A DNA stretch of 64,000 bases from an uncultured delta proteobacterium. GTDB taxonomy: Bacteria; Desulfobacterota; Syntrophia; Syntrophales; UBA5619. A program made the position numbers and the translations under genes. Below the pieces are notes generated by a model. It was given only the letters and a program-made list of their open reading frames with translations. It made no database searches and was not told the origin of the DNA. Positions within the stretch are counted from its first letter, which is position 1. Each line of letters begins with the position of its first letter. Shown here piece after piece: positions 1-9,129 of this stretch. The stretch spans positions 324,881 through 388,880 of the forward strand of contig CAWFOM010000001.1 in NCBI GenBank assembly GCA_963817385.1, written 5' to 3'.

Positions 1-448
1 GGCCGTGCCATTTTCACTGGTCGGATCATTCTGGCTGCTTTATCTGCTCGGCTACAACATGAGCATCGCCGTCTGGGTGGGCATCATCGCCCTCGCGGGG
101 CTGGATGCGGAAACGGGTGTCGTCATGCTCCTCTACCTCGATCTTGCCCATGAAAAATGGCGCAAGGAGGGGAAATTGAGGAACCTGCAGGATCTCAGAG
201 AATCCGTCATGTACGGCGCCGTCAAGAGGATACGGCCCAAGCTGATGACGGTCAGCGTCATCCTGGCCGGCCTTATCCCCATCATGTTCAGCCACGGCAC
301 CGGCGCCGACGTGATGAAACGGATCGCCGCGCCGATGGTCGGCGGCGTCGTCACTTCCACCATCCTCGAGCTGGTGATCTATCCCGCCATCTATATGATC
401 TGGCGAGGGAGGGAGTTTAAAGCGGTTAAGGAAAAGACCAGCAATTAA
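1..448 (+). CDS. cusA: CusA/CzcA-family heavy-metal efflux RND permease, C-terminal part (runs off window start)
   Basis: Typical CusA C-terminal motifs: PFSLVG, AVWVGIIALAGLDAETGVVM, GAVKRIRPKLMT, GTGADVMKRIAAPMVGG. Confidence 0.9.
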   Translation, partial: AVPFSLVGSFWLLYLLGYNMSIAVWVGIIALAGLDAETGVVMLLYLDLAHEKWRKEGKLRNLQDLRESVMYGAVKRIRPKLMTVSVILAGLIPIMFSHGTGADVMKRIAAPMVGGVVTSTILELVIYPAIYMIWRGREFKAVKEKTSN

Positions 449-483
449 AACTGGGCTTGAAGATTTGAGGCACCCCCCGGCCA

Positions 484-705
484 ATGATCATTGTAACCAA
501 TCCCGAAAAAGCCCGCTATAACCGCATTGCGCTTTTCTATCATTTCCTCGATGTGATCCCCGAGCTGATATTTAAACCTTGGCGAAAAATGCTTCTCGTC
601 AAAACAAAGGGAAAGATACTGGAAATCGGGGGTGGGTTAAGGGAAGAATTCCCCCCCACTACCCCCCGTGAACCCTGCATCACCGGTATTGATATTTGCG
701 ATTGA
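484..705 (+). pseudogene. Truncated class I SAM-dependent methyltransferase fragment
   Basis: RYNRIA.FY...WRK....GKILEIG.G resembles the N-terminus and motif I; ITGID resembles the next strand; garbled in between and stops at 73 aa. Confidence 0.6.
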
Positions 706-711
706 TGGATA

Positions 712-2250
712 TTACAGTTTCGGCACCGGAAACAATACTCCTCCGAAGATAAGCCAGGCCAACAAGAGCGTCCAGAAGACATTGAACGCCTGGGCAATCA
801 GGAAGGCAGCGGCCGGCCGGCCGCCATCCATTTTGGTCAGATCCCTGATATTGGTATCCAGGCCGATGCAGGTGAAGGCCAAAGCAAACCACCAGGTTCT
901 GAGGCCGCTCAGGATGCCCTTGGTCGCGGCGACGAGCTCATGATTGATCTGGAAGGAGAAGACCGCGGAAAGGATGATAAATCCCAGGACAAATTTCGGG
1001 AAACGATACCAGATCTCCATCAGCGTCGGCTTCTCCCCGCCCGAAACATCTTCCGCCTTTTTGAAGGTCCAAACGATCGCCAAAATGAAGGCAACAAAAC
1101 CAATGAGCACATTTTGGGACATCTTGACGATTACCCCTGCCTTCATGGCCGTTTCGCTGATCATCTCGCCGGCGGCAACGACGGACCCGCTCGTATCCAG
1201 AGTCCCGCCCAGCCACGCGCCGGCCACGATATCGGGAAAACCGAAATACTTTGAGACGACAGGCATCACTACCAGCATCGGAACGGAACAGAGGAGTACC
1301 AGCGATGTGACGTAGCTGAGTTTCTTCGGATCGCCTTTGATCGCCCCTGATATGGCGATGGCTGCCGAGACACCGCATATCGATACGGAACTGGAAAGGA
1401 CGGCCGCAAACTTCTCGTCGACTTTCATCTTCACGGCCAGCCAATAGCAGACATACCAGACGATGCCCACCACCAGGAGGGCCTGGAAAATTCCATAGGC
1501 GCCCGCGGTGATGATTTCACCGATGATGATGCCCGAACCGAGGATCACCAGGCCGGTTTTGATATAAAATTCAGTTCTGACCGCAGGTTTCAGCCATGCC
1601 GGTACTCCTATGACGTTGCTGATCAGCAAACCGATGATGAGGCACCAGAGAACGTATTCCAGGCCAAAATAGTTGATTGTATAGTTGCCGGCAATAAGCA
1701 GTGCTCCCCACGTCAGTGTGAAAACGAAGATAAAACCGCCGATAGCCTTCAGGGCCGGTTTTCCCATCAGAGCAAAGGCAACCAGTGAGACGAGAAGGTA
1801 GAGGAGACCGATGGAAGCGGTCTGCCGGATGCTTCCGCCCGAAATGACCCTGCCGGGGAGAGCCTCAACCTGGGTTGCGATGCTCTTGCTCAGTGCCGCG
1901 GCCCTTTTCCTGAGGGCCTCGTCCTTGATATCTTTGATCCCGGCCAAGCTCTTGACCGTACCTCCGATTGCTTTGCGGTCCTTACCGTCAAAAGCAACTC
2001 TTACTGAAACAGCCTGAGCTGCAAGTGTCTTTTCCCCTTTTTCTTCGGCAGTCACGATAAGTTTGTCGAGGGAAGGAGTCGTTTTAGAAATGAAACTTGC
2101 CAATTCACCCTCTGTCGTCCAGCGGAACGAGGGCGTTTTCAAGCTCAGGCCGAATAGAACCAGGGTTATAATGATAAATCCTACCCAGACCGCGAGCCAA
2201 TCCTCCGTTCTCCACAATTCTCTCCACTGATTCTCTTTGCCCGCACTCAT
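712..2250 (-). CDS. YeiH/UPF0324 (putative sulfate exporter family) membrane transporter
   Basis: EDWLAVWVG, RTEFYIKTGLV, SVSICGVSAAIA and GAWLGGTLDTSGSV motifs; many TM helices; ATG at 2250 follows AAGGAG. Confidence 0.85.
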   Translation of the reverse strand: MSAGKENQWRELWRTEDWLAVWVGFIIITLVLFGLSLKTPSFRWTTEGELASFISKTTPSLDKLIVTAEEKGEKTLAAQAVSVRVAFDGKDRKAIGGTVKSLAGIKDIKDEALRKRAAALSKSIATQVEALPGRVISGGSIRQTASIGLLYLLVSLVAFALMGKPALKAIGGFIFVFTLTWGALLIAGNYTINYFGLEYVLWCLIIGLLISNVIGVPAWLKPAVRTEFYIKTGLVILGSGIIIGEIITAGAYGIFQALLVVGIVWYVCYWLAVKMKVDEKFAAVLSSSVSICGVSAAIAISGAIKGDPKKLSYVTSLVLLCSVPMLVVMPVVSKYFGFPDIVAGAWLGGTLDTSGSVVAAGEMISETAMKAGVIVKMSQNVLIGFVAFILAIVWTFKKAEDVSGGEKPTLMEIWYRFPKFVLGFIILSAVFSFQINHELVAATKGILSGLRTWWFALAFTCIGLDTNIRDLTKMDGGRPAAAFLIAQAFNVFWTLLLAWLIFGGVLFPVPKL

Positions 2251-2353
2251 AAGAAATCTCCTTCCTCTCAATCAATCTTCAATCGCTGTATTGTCTATTA
2301 AGCCCATCTTAATAGTGGTATTTATGCACAAAAAAATTACCGGTTTTGTTTCT

Positions 2354-2581
2354 TCAATCCTCTCCCTTTTCCAACTCCAGGATGTAGTACCCCTCCGGCA
2401 TCTCCTTCAGAGCGAGCAGGCGATGTCCTTCCGCTTTGAGGCTCCGCGGGACATTCTTGACCGCCTCGCCGTCATCGAGCAGGATCTGCACCCTCTCGCC
2501 GGTCTCGAACTCCTCAAGCGCCAACTTCGCCCTGACGAAATTGGCAGGGCAACAAACGCCTCGCAAATCCACCGTGTGCAT
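2354..2581 (-). CDS. TusA/SirA-family sulfurtransferase
   Basis: 75 aa; DLRGVCCPANFV variant of the DxxGxxCPxP motif; ILLDDGEAVKNVP. Confidence 0.9.
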   Translation of the reverse strand: MHTVDLRGVCCPANFVRAKLALEEFETGERVQILLDDGEAVKNVPRSLKAEGHRLLALKEMPEGYYILELEKGED

Positions 2582-2666
2582 TAATCACCGTCCTTTTTCC
2601 TGAATCCGCACTACGTCATTGGGAAATGTATCCCCCCTGACACCACCAGGGAGAATCCACCCACTG

Positions 2667-3653
2667 CTACCACCGCTTTCCGATCTGCGTATCGATCACC
2701 TGGGGGGGGATCGTTGTATCCACAACGTACTCCGGAAACTGGCATCTCAGGTCGCCAAGCAGGCCCTCGGTTCCTTTCTTGAGGATGACGTCTCCCAACC
2801 GGATCCTCCCCAGCCCTTCCGAATTTTCCCGATACCACGCGAGAACCGCAGCGATGAAATCCACGACCTTCTCCTCGGGAAGGAATGTCGCAAAAAGGGT
2901 CCCTATCAGCGGATTTCTGCCCCACTTGCCGCCGATGCGAACCGTGTATCCGCTTTTTTCCGCTTTCCACGCCTCACTCGGGCAGACCTTGATGCAGTCG
3001 CCGCAATAAATGCATCGCTCCGGGACGAGAACCGGCTGATCATCCTCCCCCGCGCGGATGGCGCCGACCGTGCACGTCTTGACGCACAACCCGCATTCGA
3101 TACAGGCCTCCCCGTCGAATGCCGGGAGGACGGCCCCCTGGAAACCGACATCGTTCGTCGCCGATTTGGGGCAATCGGAAGGGCAACCGGCGAATCCGAC
3201 CTTGAACTTGTGATGACCGGTTTCGATGCCGAACAGTGTGGCGTCGACCTCGAGCGCCGATTTCTGTGTATCCATCAGACCTCTGGGATTATACTCGCAG
3301 CCGCCGCAGGCGACCGGCACGCGGACCCGGGCGCCGCAGGAGGCGACTTTCTGCCGGACATCGCCCAGCTCTTCGGCCACGTCGTTGATGTGTTTGAAAT
3401 CCACATGGACCAGTTCAATCGATTGCCGCACCGACAGATGGACAAACTCTCCGCCGTATTTTTCCGCCACTTCGGCGATCTTTTTCAGCCGGGAGACGGC
3501 CATTCTTCCGCCGGGCACCCTCAGCCGGACGGAAAACAGGTCTTTCCCCAGTTCCTTGATAAAACCGCCCGCCTTGAGTTGATTTAAATCGACGCAGGAC
3601 TTCTCCGATTGCTCGAACATAACAGCCTCATCTTTCAATAGATCTTTAGTCAT
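2667..3653 (-). CDS. Small nitrite/sulfite reductase-like protein with two 4Fe-4S ferredoxin motifs
   Basis: FSVRLRVPGG half-domain; HKFKVGFAGCPSDCPK (CX3C); CIECGLCVKTC and CIYCGDCIKVC; IGGKWGRNP. Confidence 0.85.
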   Translation of the reverse strand: MTKDLLKDEAVMFEQSEKSCVDLNQLKAGGFIKELGKDLFSVRLRVPGGRMAVSRLKKIAEVAEKYGGEFVHLSVRQSIELVHVDFKHINDVAEELGDVRQKVASCGARVRVPVACGGCEYNPRGLMDTQKSALEVDATLFGIETGHHKFKVGFAGCPSDCPKSATNDVGFQGAVLPAFDGEACIECGLCVKTCTVGAIRAGEDDQPVLVPERCIYCGDCIKVCPSEAWKAEKSGYTVRIGGKWGRNPLIGTLFATFLPEEKVVDFIAAVLAWYRENSEGLGRIRLGDVILKKGTEGLLGDLRCQFPEYVVDTTIPPQVIDTQIGKRW

Positions 3654-4056
3654 GGATAATTCTCAACTCCTCAGAACCGACCTTTCTCTCGGCAATCTTG
3701 AAAGAGCGGACTTCCGGTGTGGACGCATCGGCCAACGAAACGATCACATACGAAATATCGGGCGTCAATGCAAGCCGGATATCTTCGTCCGAGGGTCTGG
3801 CCGGCGTTGCCGGGTGCGAATGATAGACTGCCAGCATCTCCAGTTCCCGAAAGCGCAACTCCTTCACGACCGAAAACTGCTCCCGCGGTTCCATCATGAA
3901 ATGGTCACCGCTGGCGTCGGTATTGGTCATGGGATAGATTGCCGAAACGACATCCCCTTTCCCCCCGAGAATCCCGCAGACCTCAAGGGGAAATCCATCG
4001 CGGGCCTGGGTGATCATCCGCTCGTAAATATTCTGTGGTAGCTCAAGCATGCTCAT
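3646..4056 (-). CDS. JAMM/M67-family metallopeptidase (Mec/HcyD-like sulfur-carrier processing protease)
   Basis: PLEVCGIL and YHSHP.TPARPSDED (HxH...S..D JAMM motif). Confidence 0.9.
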   Translation of the reverse strand: MSMLELPQNIYERMITQARDGFPLEVCGILGGKGDVVSAIYPMTNTDASGDHFMMEPREQFSVVKELRFRELEMLAVYHSHPATPARPSDEDIRLALTPDISYVIVSLADASTPEVRSFKIAERKVGSEELRIIHD

Positions 4057-4865
4057 CTCTTCTCCAAATCACACACCGTAACCGCATCCTGCTCGTCGCG
4101 GAGTTCTTTGATGGACGGCGCCTCACCGCATATCGGACATTGAGGATTTCTGTCGATGCGGACTTCATTGAAACGCATCTGCAAGGCGTTGTAGATCAGA
4201 AGCCTCCCCGTAAGCAACTCCCCCTTCCCCAGGAGAAACTTGATCGCTTCGGTCGCCTGGATGATGCCAAGTACACCGGGCAAGACACCGATCACCCCGG
4301 CCTGGGAGCAGGTGGGGATGGCGTCCTTCGGCGGCGGAGCGGGAAAGATACAGCGGTAACAGGCTGATTCACCAGGCCTGACCGTAATCGTCTGTCCGTC
4401 GAACCGGAGGATGCCCGCGTGGGAATAGGGTTTCCCGGCCAGGACGCAGGCATCATTGATGAGAAACTTGGCGGCAAAGTTGTCCGTACCGTCAACAACG
4501 AAATCGTAACCTCCTATAATCCCCATGATATTGCCTGCATGGGCCCACTCCTCATAGGTATTGACCTTGATCCCCGGATTGATGGCCTCCATCTTTTCCC
4601 TTGCCGAAACCACCTTCGCCCGACCGATATCGGGCGTAAAGTGAATCACCTGACGCTGAAGATTGGTGAGATCCACGGCATCGGCATCGACCAGGCCGAT
4701 CGTGCCGACCCCGGCCGCCGCCAGGTAGAGAGCGGCGGGAGCCCCCAGGCCGCCCGCCCCGATAATCAGCACCCGGCCGTCCAGAAGTTTCTGCTGCCCT
4801 TTTCCACCAACCTCTTTCAAGGCAATGTGACGCTGGTACCGTTCGATCTGTTCGTCCGTCAACAT
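4053..4865 (-). CDS. ThiF/MoeB-family sulfur-carrier adenylyltransferase
   Basis: RYQRHI, GAGGLG, TNLQRQ, DGTDNF, CYRC and CPIC zinc motifs, PTCSQAGVIG. Confidence 0.92.
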   Translation of the reverse strand: MLTDEQIERYQRHIALKEVGGKGQQKLLDGRVLIIGAGGLGAPAALYLAAAGVGTIGLVDADAVDLTNLQRQVIHFTPDIGRAKVVSAREKMEAINPGIKVNTYEEWAHAGNIMGIIGGYDFVVDGTDNFAAKFLINDACVLAGKPYSHAGILRFDGQTITVRPGESACYRCIFPAPPPKDAIPTCSQAGVIGVLPGVLGIIQATEAIKFLLGKGELLTGRLLIYNALQMRFNEVRIDRNPQCPICGEAPSIKELRDEQDAVTVCDLEKR

Positions 4866-5080
4866 GATCCCCTGCCTCCGCCCATAAAATAGAGAAATTC
4901 AACCTCGTCACCGTCCCTGACGATAATGGTGTCGAAGTTTATTCGCTCCATGATATCACCGTTGAGCTCGACCGTCACATACAAAGGATCTTCCACGTTC
5001 AATTCATCCAGAATTCCGGAAATGGAGAGTGACACTTTATCGGCGATAACCGTCTTTTTGCCGTTTACGGTTAGATTCAT
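4859..5080 (-). CDS. ThiS-like sulfur carrier with C-terminal extension (HcyS-like)
   Basis: 73 aa: MNLTVNG...VTVELNG...DGDEVEFLYFMGGG followed by RGSC; AAGGAG upstream of ATG 5080. Confidence 0.88.
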   Translation of the reverse strand: MNLTVNGKKTVIADKVSLSISGILDELNVEDPLYVTVELNGDIMERINFDTIIVRDGDEVEFLYFMGGGRGSC

Positions 5081-5296
5081 CTTTGTCTCCTTCATGATCA
5101 ACCTCTGTTTCTCCCTGCTCCTTCGCGAAATATTAAATGATATCGATATCGACATTAAGCTCAATCCATACGGAAACCCTCACCAACTCTTCAGCACCTT
5201 GTTTTTAGTATCACAGGGAGATCCTGATCTTGTTCCCATTGCCTGCCCTCGAAAAACCTTTTTCGATCTAAATTATGCCGAAACGTTATTCACCAC

Positions 5297-5321
5297 AATA
5301 TCCATTGGAATAGTAGGTAAT
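5297..5321. promoter_or_regulatory. Possible Rrf2-family (IscR/CymR-type) operator
   Basis: AATATCCATT-GGAAT-AGTAGGTAAT, an imperfect 10-5-10 inverted repeat upstream of the sulfur cluster. Confidence 0.4.
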
Positions 5322-5735
5322 ATATCAAATGCACTTTGTCAAGGAATTTTTTTGACCCGCCACAACCAACCAGAAATAACGAGGAACCGATGGCCAGCAT
5401 TTCAACCAGCATTGGACACACTTTTATATATTTTTTCACCTTCATTCTCCATTATAATTAATGGATATCCTCTGAACCATACGTCGCACCAAAATCGCTG
5501 ATTTCGCAACGACCTTCCCGCACAGGATGCAACGGCTGATCCGTTGCTTGAATCTGCCAGCGAACACATTCCCCGCTGATTGACGCGGAGAGCGTCAAGA
5601 GAAGCGGTTCATTTTTGTTGACAAGTTCCGTTGAGTAAGTTATCGAAGTACAACACAAAGTGTCCACCAGGGAAACCGTTTCGAAAGCGGACCCGTTACT
5701 ATTCGCCATATGGCGCCAATCACAGGAGTTCTGGT

Positions 5736-6575
5736 ATGGCACTTGATGCTGACGTTCAGAACAGTAAGGCGAGATGGCAGCTAGGCAGCTTTTTGACAGG
5801 GCCGTTTGCTGTTATCGGCAGGGCGGCGGTCAGCTGGGTTGACAATTTAGGCGCCTCAGCCATTTTTCTTCTTTTGGCGTTCCTGAAGATCGTGCGATCC
5901 AAACAGCTCATGAAGATCGTCCAGCAGGTCTATTATATCGGGGCAAGATCTTCAATGATCATCATGCTCGTCAGTTTTTTCACCGGCATGGTGCTGGGCC
6001 TTCAATCCTACCATGCCCTGGTTAAATTCGGCGCGCAAGGGGCTCTCGGCACCCTGGTGGCCCTGACCCTGGTTCGGGAATTGGGGCCGGTTCTCACGGC
6101 GATCATGATTGCCGCCAGAGCCGGGTCGGCTATCACCGCAGAGATCGGCATTCAACGCATCTCCGAACAGATTGACGCCCTGGACACCATGCGCATTGAT
6201 CCGCTCAAATATCTCATCAGCCCGAGAATCGCCGCTTCGATCATCAGCTTTCCGTTGCTCACCGCGTTGTTCGACCTCGTCGGCATTATCGGCGGGTACG
6301 TCTCGGGCGTGTTGCTCCTGGGCGCCAATGCCAGCACTTATGTTTATCGTGTTCAGACCAGCATGGACATGAAAGATATCACCGACGGTTTGATCAAGGC
6401 GGTTGTTTTTGCCGTCATCGTTTCCACGGTCTGTTGTTACCAGGGGTATTTTACCCACCTGCGCAGGGACAGCCATGGCGCCAAGGCCGTCGGGCTCTCC
6501 ACCACCTCTGCCGTTGTGCTCTCCTGCGTTCTTATCCTGGTGTCGGACTATGTTGTGACATCGCTGCTCATATGA
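5736..6575 (+). CDS. mlaE: MlaE ABC permease
   Basis: RELGPVLTAIMIAARAGSAITAEIG..RISEQIDAL; CAGGAG RBS before ATG 5736. Confidence 0.93.
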   Translation: MALDADVQNSKARWQLGSFLTGPFAVIGRAAVSWVDNLGASAIFLLLAFLKIVRSKQLMKIVQQVYYIGARSSMIIMLVSFFTGMVLGLQSYHALVKFGAQGALGTLVALTLVRELGPVLTAIMIAARAGSAITAEIGIQRISEQIDALDTMRIDPLKYLISPRIAASIISFPLLTALFDLVGIIGGYVSGVLLLGANASTYVYRVQTSMDMKDITDGLIKAVVFAVIVSTVCCYQGYFTHLRRDSHGAKAVGLSTTSAVVLSCVLILVSDYVVTSLLI

Positions 6576-6585
6576 GGAGAGCCCC

Positions 6586-7827
6586 ATGGAAACCCCGTTA
6601 ATCGAGTTCAAAGATGTCACCAAGCGCTTCGGCACCCGAGGCGTCCTTGAACGGGTCAACCTGCAGATCTACGAGGGACAGGTCACTACCATTATCGGCC
6701 TGAGCGGTTCGGGCAAGAGTGTACTCCTCAAGCATATCATCGGGCTGCTCGAGCCGGATGAAGGGACCATTCTCTTCAAGGGCAAACCCCTGAGCGAGAT
6801 GAAAAAAAGCGAGAGCGCCGCCAATCTCGCTCAGATAAGCTACATGTTTCAAGACAATGCGCTTTTCGATTCCCTGACCGTCTATGAAAATATTGCCCTT
6901 CCCCTTCGGGAGACGACAAACCTGAGTAAATCGAAGATCGACAGCCGGGTTATGGCCAGAATCGAACAGACGGAACTTGAGGATGCCGCTCAGAAGTATC
7001 CCTCGGAGATCTCCGGCGGCATGCAAAAGCGGGCAGCCCTGGCGCGGGCTCTGGTAACGGATCCTCGCATCGTCCTCTTCGATGAGCCTACATCCGGTCA
7101 GGACCCGGTCCGGAAAAACGCCATCCTGAGCATGATTGCCCAGTATCAGCGGAAATTCGGGTTTACGGCGATTATGGTCAGCCATGAGATACCGGATGTC
7201 TATTTTATCTCAAACCGCATCCTGGCTCTCTATGATCGTTCCATCGTTTTTCAGGGCTCTCCGGAGGAGTTGGAAGATTTCGACCACCCGTTCAAGGATG
7301 AGGTTATTCGCAGTCTGGAAGGGTTGCAGAATGAATTGACGGGTCTGTATTCCAAACGGCAATTCAAGGTGATGCATCATGTTCAGTTGACCCAGAAAAC
7401 AGACGGAGCAACCTACTGCGTTGCGGTTCTCTCTCTGAATGATCTGGATGTCATCCGGATGAGCGCAGGCCATGATGCGGCACAGGTGGCCCTACGGAAT
7501 CTTCGAATCTATATCGATAAGCACTTCGGCGCCATAGGGGGTTTCTCCACACGCCGCCGCAGCAATGAATTTGTCACGGTACTCCCCTATTCGGATCTGG
7601 CGGAAGCGGATAGCATCCTCCATGATTTTGTCAAGGATTTTCAGGAACGGGGCATTCATGATGTTTGGGCTGGAGCTCGCCGGCAGACTTCGGCGGGGTG
7701 TGTCGAATTTGCGGTCATGGCCGGAATTGCCCAGGGCCAACCGGCCGCCGACATCGATTCCGTCATCGATGCGGCCAAATCTCAACAAAAAGAAATTGCC
7801 CGGCTTCGGTGCGACGTGAGGAGGTAA
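6586..7827 (+). CDS. mlaF: MlaF ABC ATPase fused to a degenerate GGDEF-like domain
   Basis: Walker A GLSGSGKS, ISGGMQKR signature, LFDEPTSGQDP; about 165 extra C-terminal residues with ELTGLYSKR, GHDAAQVAL and TRRRSNEF. Confidence 0.88.
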   Translation: METPLIEFKDVTKRFGTRGVLERVNLQIYEGQVTTIIGLSGSGKSVLLKHIIGLLEPDEGTILFKGKPLSEMKKSESAANLAQISYMFQDNALFDSLTVYENIALPLRETTNLSKSKIDSRVMARIEQTELEDAAQKYPSEISGGMQKRAALARALVTDPRIVLFDEPTSGQDPVRKNAILSMIAQYQRKFGFTAIMVSHEIPDVYFISNRILALYDRSIVFQGSPEELEDFDHPFKDEVIRSLEGLQNELTGLYSKRQFKVMHHVQLTQKTDGATYCVAVLSLNDLDVIRMSAGHDAAQVALRNLRIYIDKHFGAIGGFSTRRRSNEFVTVLPYSDLAEADSILHDFVKDFQERGIHDVWAGARRQTSAGCVEFAVMAGIAQGQPAADIDSVIDAAKSQQKEIARLRCDVRR

Positions 7828-7831
7828 GCAG

Positions 7832-8290
7832 ATGAAAAAGTATAGTATGGAGACCACGGTTGGCATTTTTCTCGTTTTCGGACTCCTCTGCGTTGGGTAT
7901 ATGACAGTGAAACTCGGGCATGTTTCCCTGCTTGGCGACAACGCCTATTCGCTCTTTGCCCGATTCAGCTCGGTAACCGGCCTGAGGGCCGGCAGCATTA
8001 TTTATATCTCCGGCATTGAGGTGGGGCGCGTGGAGAGTCTCACCATGGACCAGGAAAGCCAGAAGGCCGTGGTGGAGATGCGCATCCGCAACGACATCAA
8101 GATCTACGATGATGCCATTGCCTCGATTAAAACGGAGGGACTGATCGGCGATATGCATATGAGCATCGACCCCGGAGGCGCAGGCACACTTCTCAAGCCG
8201 GGTGGAACCATTACCGAGACGCAACCGCCGGTGGACATCGCAGCTCTCATCAGCAAATATGCCTTCGGAGACGTGAAAAAACAGCAGTAG
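7832..8290 (+). CDS. mlaD: MlaD (MCE domain) protein
   Basis: N-terminal TM helix (ETTVGIF), FSSVTGLRAGS...SGIEVGRV, IKTEGLIGD. Confidence 0.93.
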   Translation: MKKYSMETTVGIFLVFGLLCVGYMTVKLGHVSLLGDNAYSLFARFSSVTGLRAGSIIYISGIEVGRVESLTMDQESQKAVVEMRIRNDIKIYDDAIASIKTEGLIGDMHMSIDPGGAGTLLKPGGTITETQPPVDIAALISKYAFGDVKKQQ

Positions 8291-8317
8291 TATAAGTTCA
8301 ATTCAGAGAGGTACGTT

Positions 8318-8911
8318 ATGAAAAGAGCGATCGTTGCAGTGAACATCGTCATACTCGTGCTGTTTTCTCTTCCGGTATATGCCGGTCCGCCGTTGGACGC
8401 GGTTCAGGCCAACGTCAATAAAGTGCTTGAGGTGTTGCGCGATCCGAAGCTCAAAGCTGCGTCGGCCAAAGAGATCGAGAAAGAAAAACTGCGGCTTATC
8501 TATGAACGCATGTTTGATGATGTCGAACTTTCGAAGCGCACGTTGGCCAGAAACTGGAACAGCTTGAACGTCGCCCAGCGGCAGGAGTTCGTCGTACTTT
8601 TTCGTCAGGTCCTGGAAAAGGCCTACATCGACAAAATCCTTGCCTATACCGACGAGAAAATTGTCTTTGAGCGGGAGAACATGGTCTCGGAAACCCAGGC
8701 CGAGATTCAAACAAAAGTCATTACCTCCTCAAAGGAGATTCCAATCTTCTACCGGGTGATTGTGAAGGACGGCGTCTGGAAGGTATATGATGTTGTTATC
8801 GAGAACGTGAGCCTGGTTCTGAATTATCGCACTCAGTTTAATGACATCCTGGCAAAAAATACACCCGAGCAGCTGCTGGAGATCCTGCGAAAGAAAGTGA
8901 AGGGGCAATAG
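8318..8911 (+). CDS. mlaC: MlaC/Ttg2D periplasmic lipid-binding protein
   Basis: Signal peptide; LSKRTLARNW; WKVYDVVIENVSLVLNYRTQF. Confidence 0.92.
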   Translation: MKRAIVAVNIVILVLFSLPVYAGPPLDAVQANVNKVLEVLRDPKLKAASAKEIEKEKLRLIYERMFDDVELSKRTLARNWNSLNVAQRQEFVVLFRQVLEKAYIDKILAYTDEKIVFERENMVSETQAEIQTKVITSSKEIPIFYRVIVKDGVWKVYDVVIENVSLVLNYRTQFNDILAKNTPEQLLEILRKKVKGQ

Positions 8912-8963
8912 GAACCCACAAGGATGGCGCCAAAGGGACTCTGAGGAGCTGGCGGGATTCATG

Positions 8964-9081
8964 TTGAAGCTCTCCGCAGCAAGCTGCGGAGAATCTTCGA
9001 TCCGTTAGAGGAGTTAACCACTCCGTTTATGCTCGTTTACCCCGCGGCAAGCCGCGGAGAATGCGCTCGCGGACGGATTCA
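8964..9081 (-). mobile_element. ~117 bp miniature palindromic element, copy 1 (IS200/IS605-end or REP-like)
   Basis: Two GC hairpins (TCTCCGCAGC-AA-GCTGCGGAGA; CCGCGGC-AA-GCCGCGG); related copies at 10030 and 40863; ends in TCAA on the minus strand. Confidence 0.7.
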
Positions 9082-9129
9082 CCATCATCGCCCATAAATG
9101 ACAAAGAAGGCGGAAGGGTGGTTCATGTT

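Noticed and set aside
2667..3653. Dissimilatory sulfite reductase dsrA/dsrB
   Set aside because: Single short subunit, no other dsr genes, assimilatory sulfur-carrier context
5660..5700. GGGAAACCGTTTCGAAAGCGG before mlaE as a c-di-GMP-I (GEMM) riboswitch
   Set aside because: Lacks the GGCAAAC...GGGACGCAAAGC core and second stem
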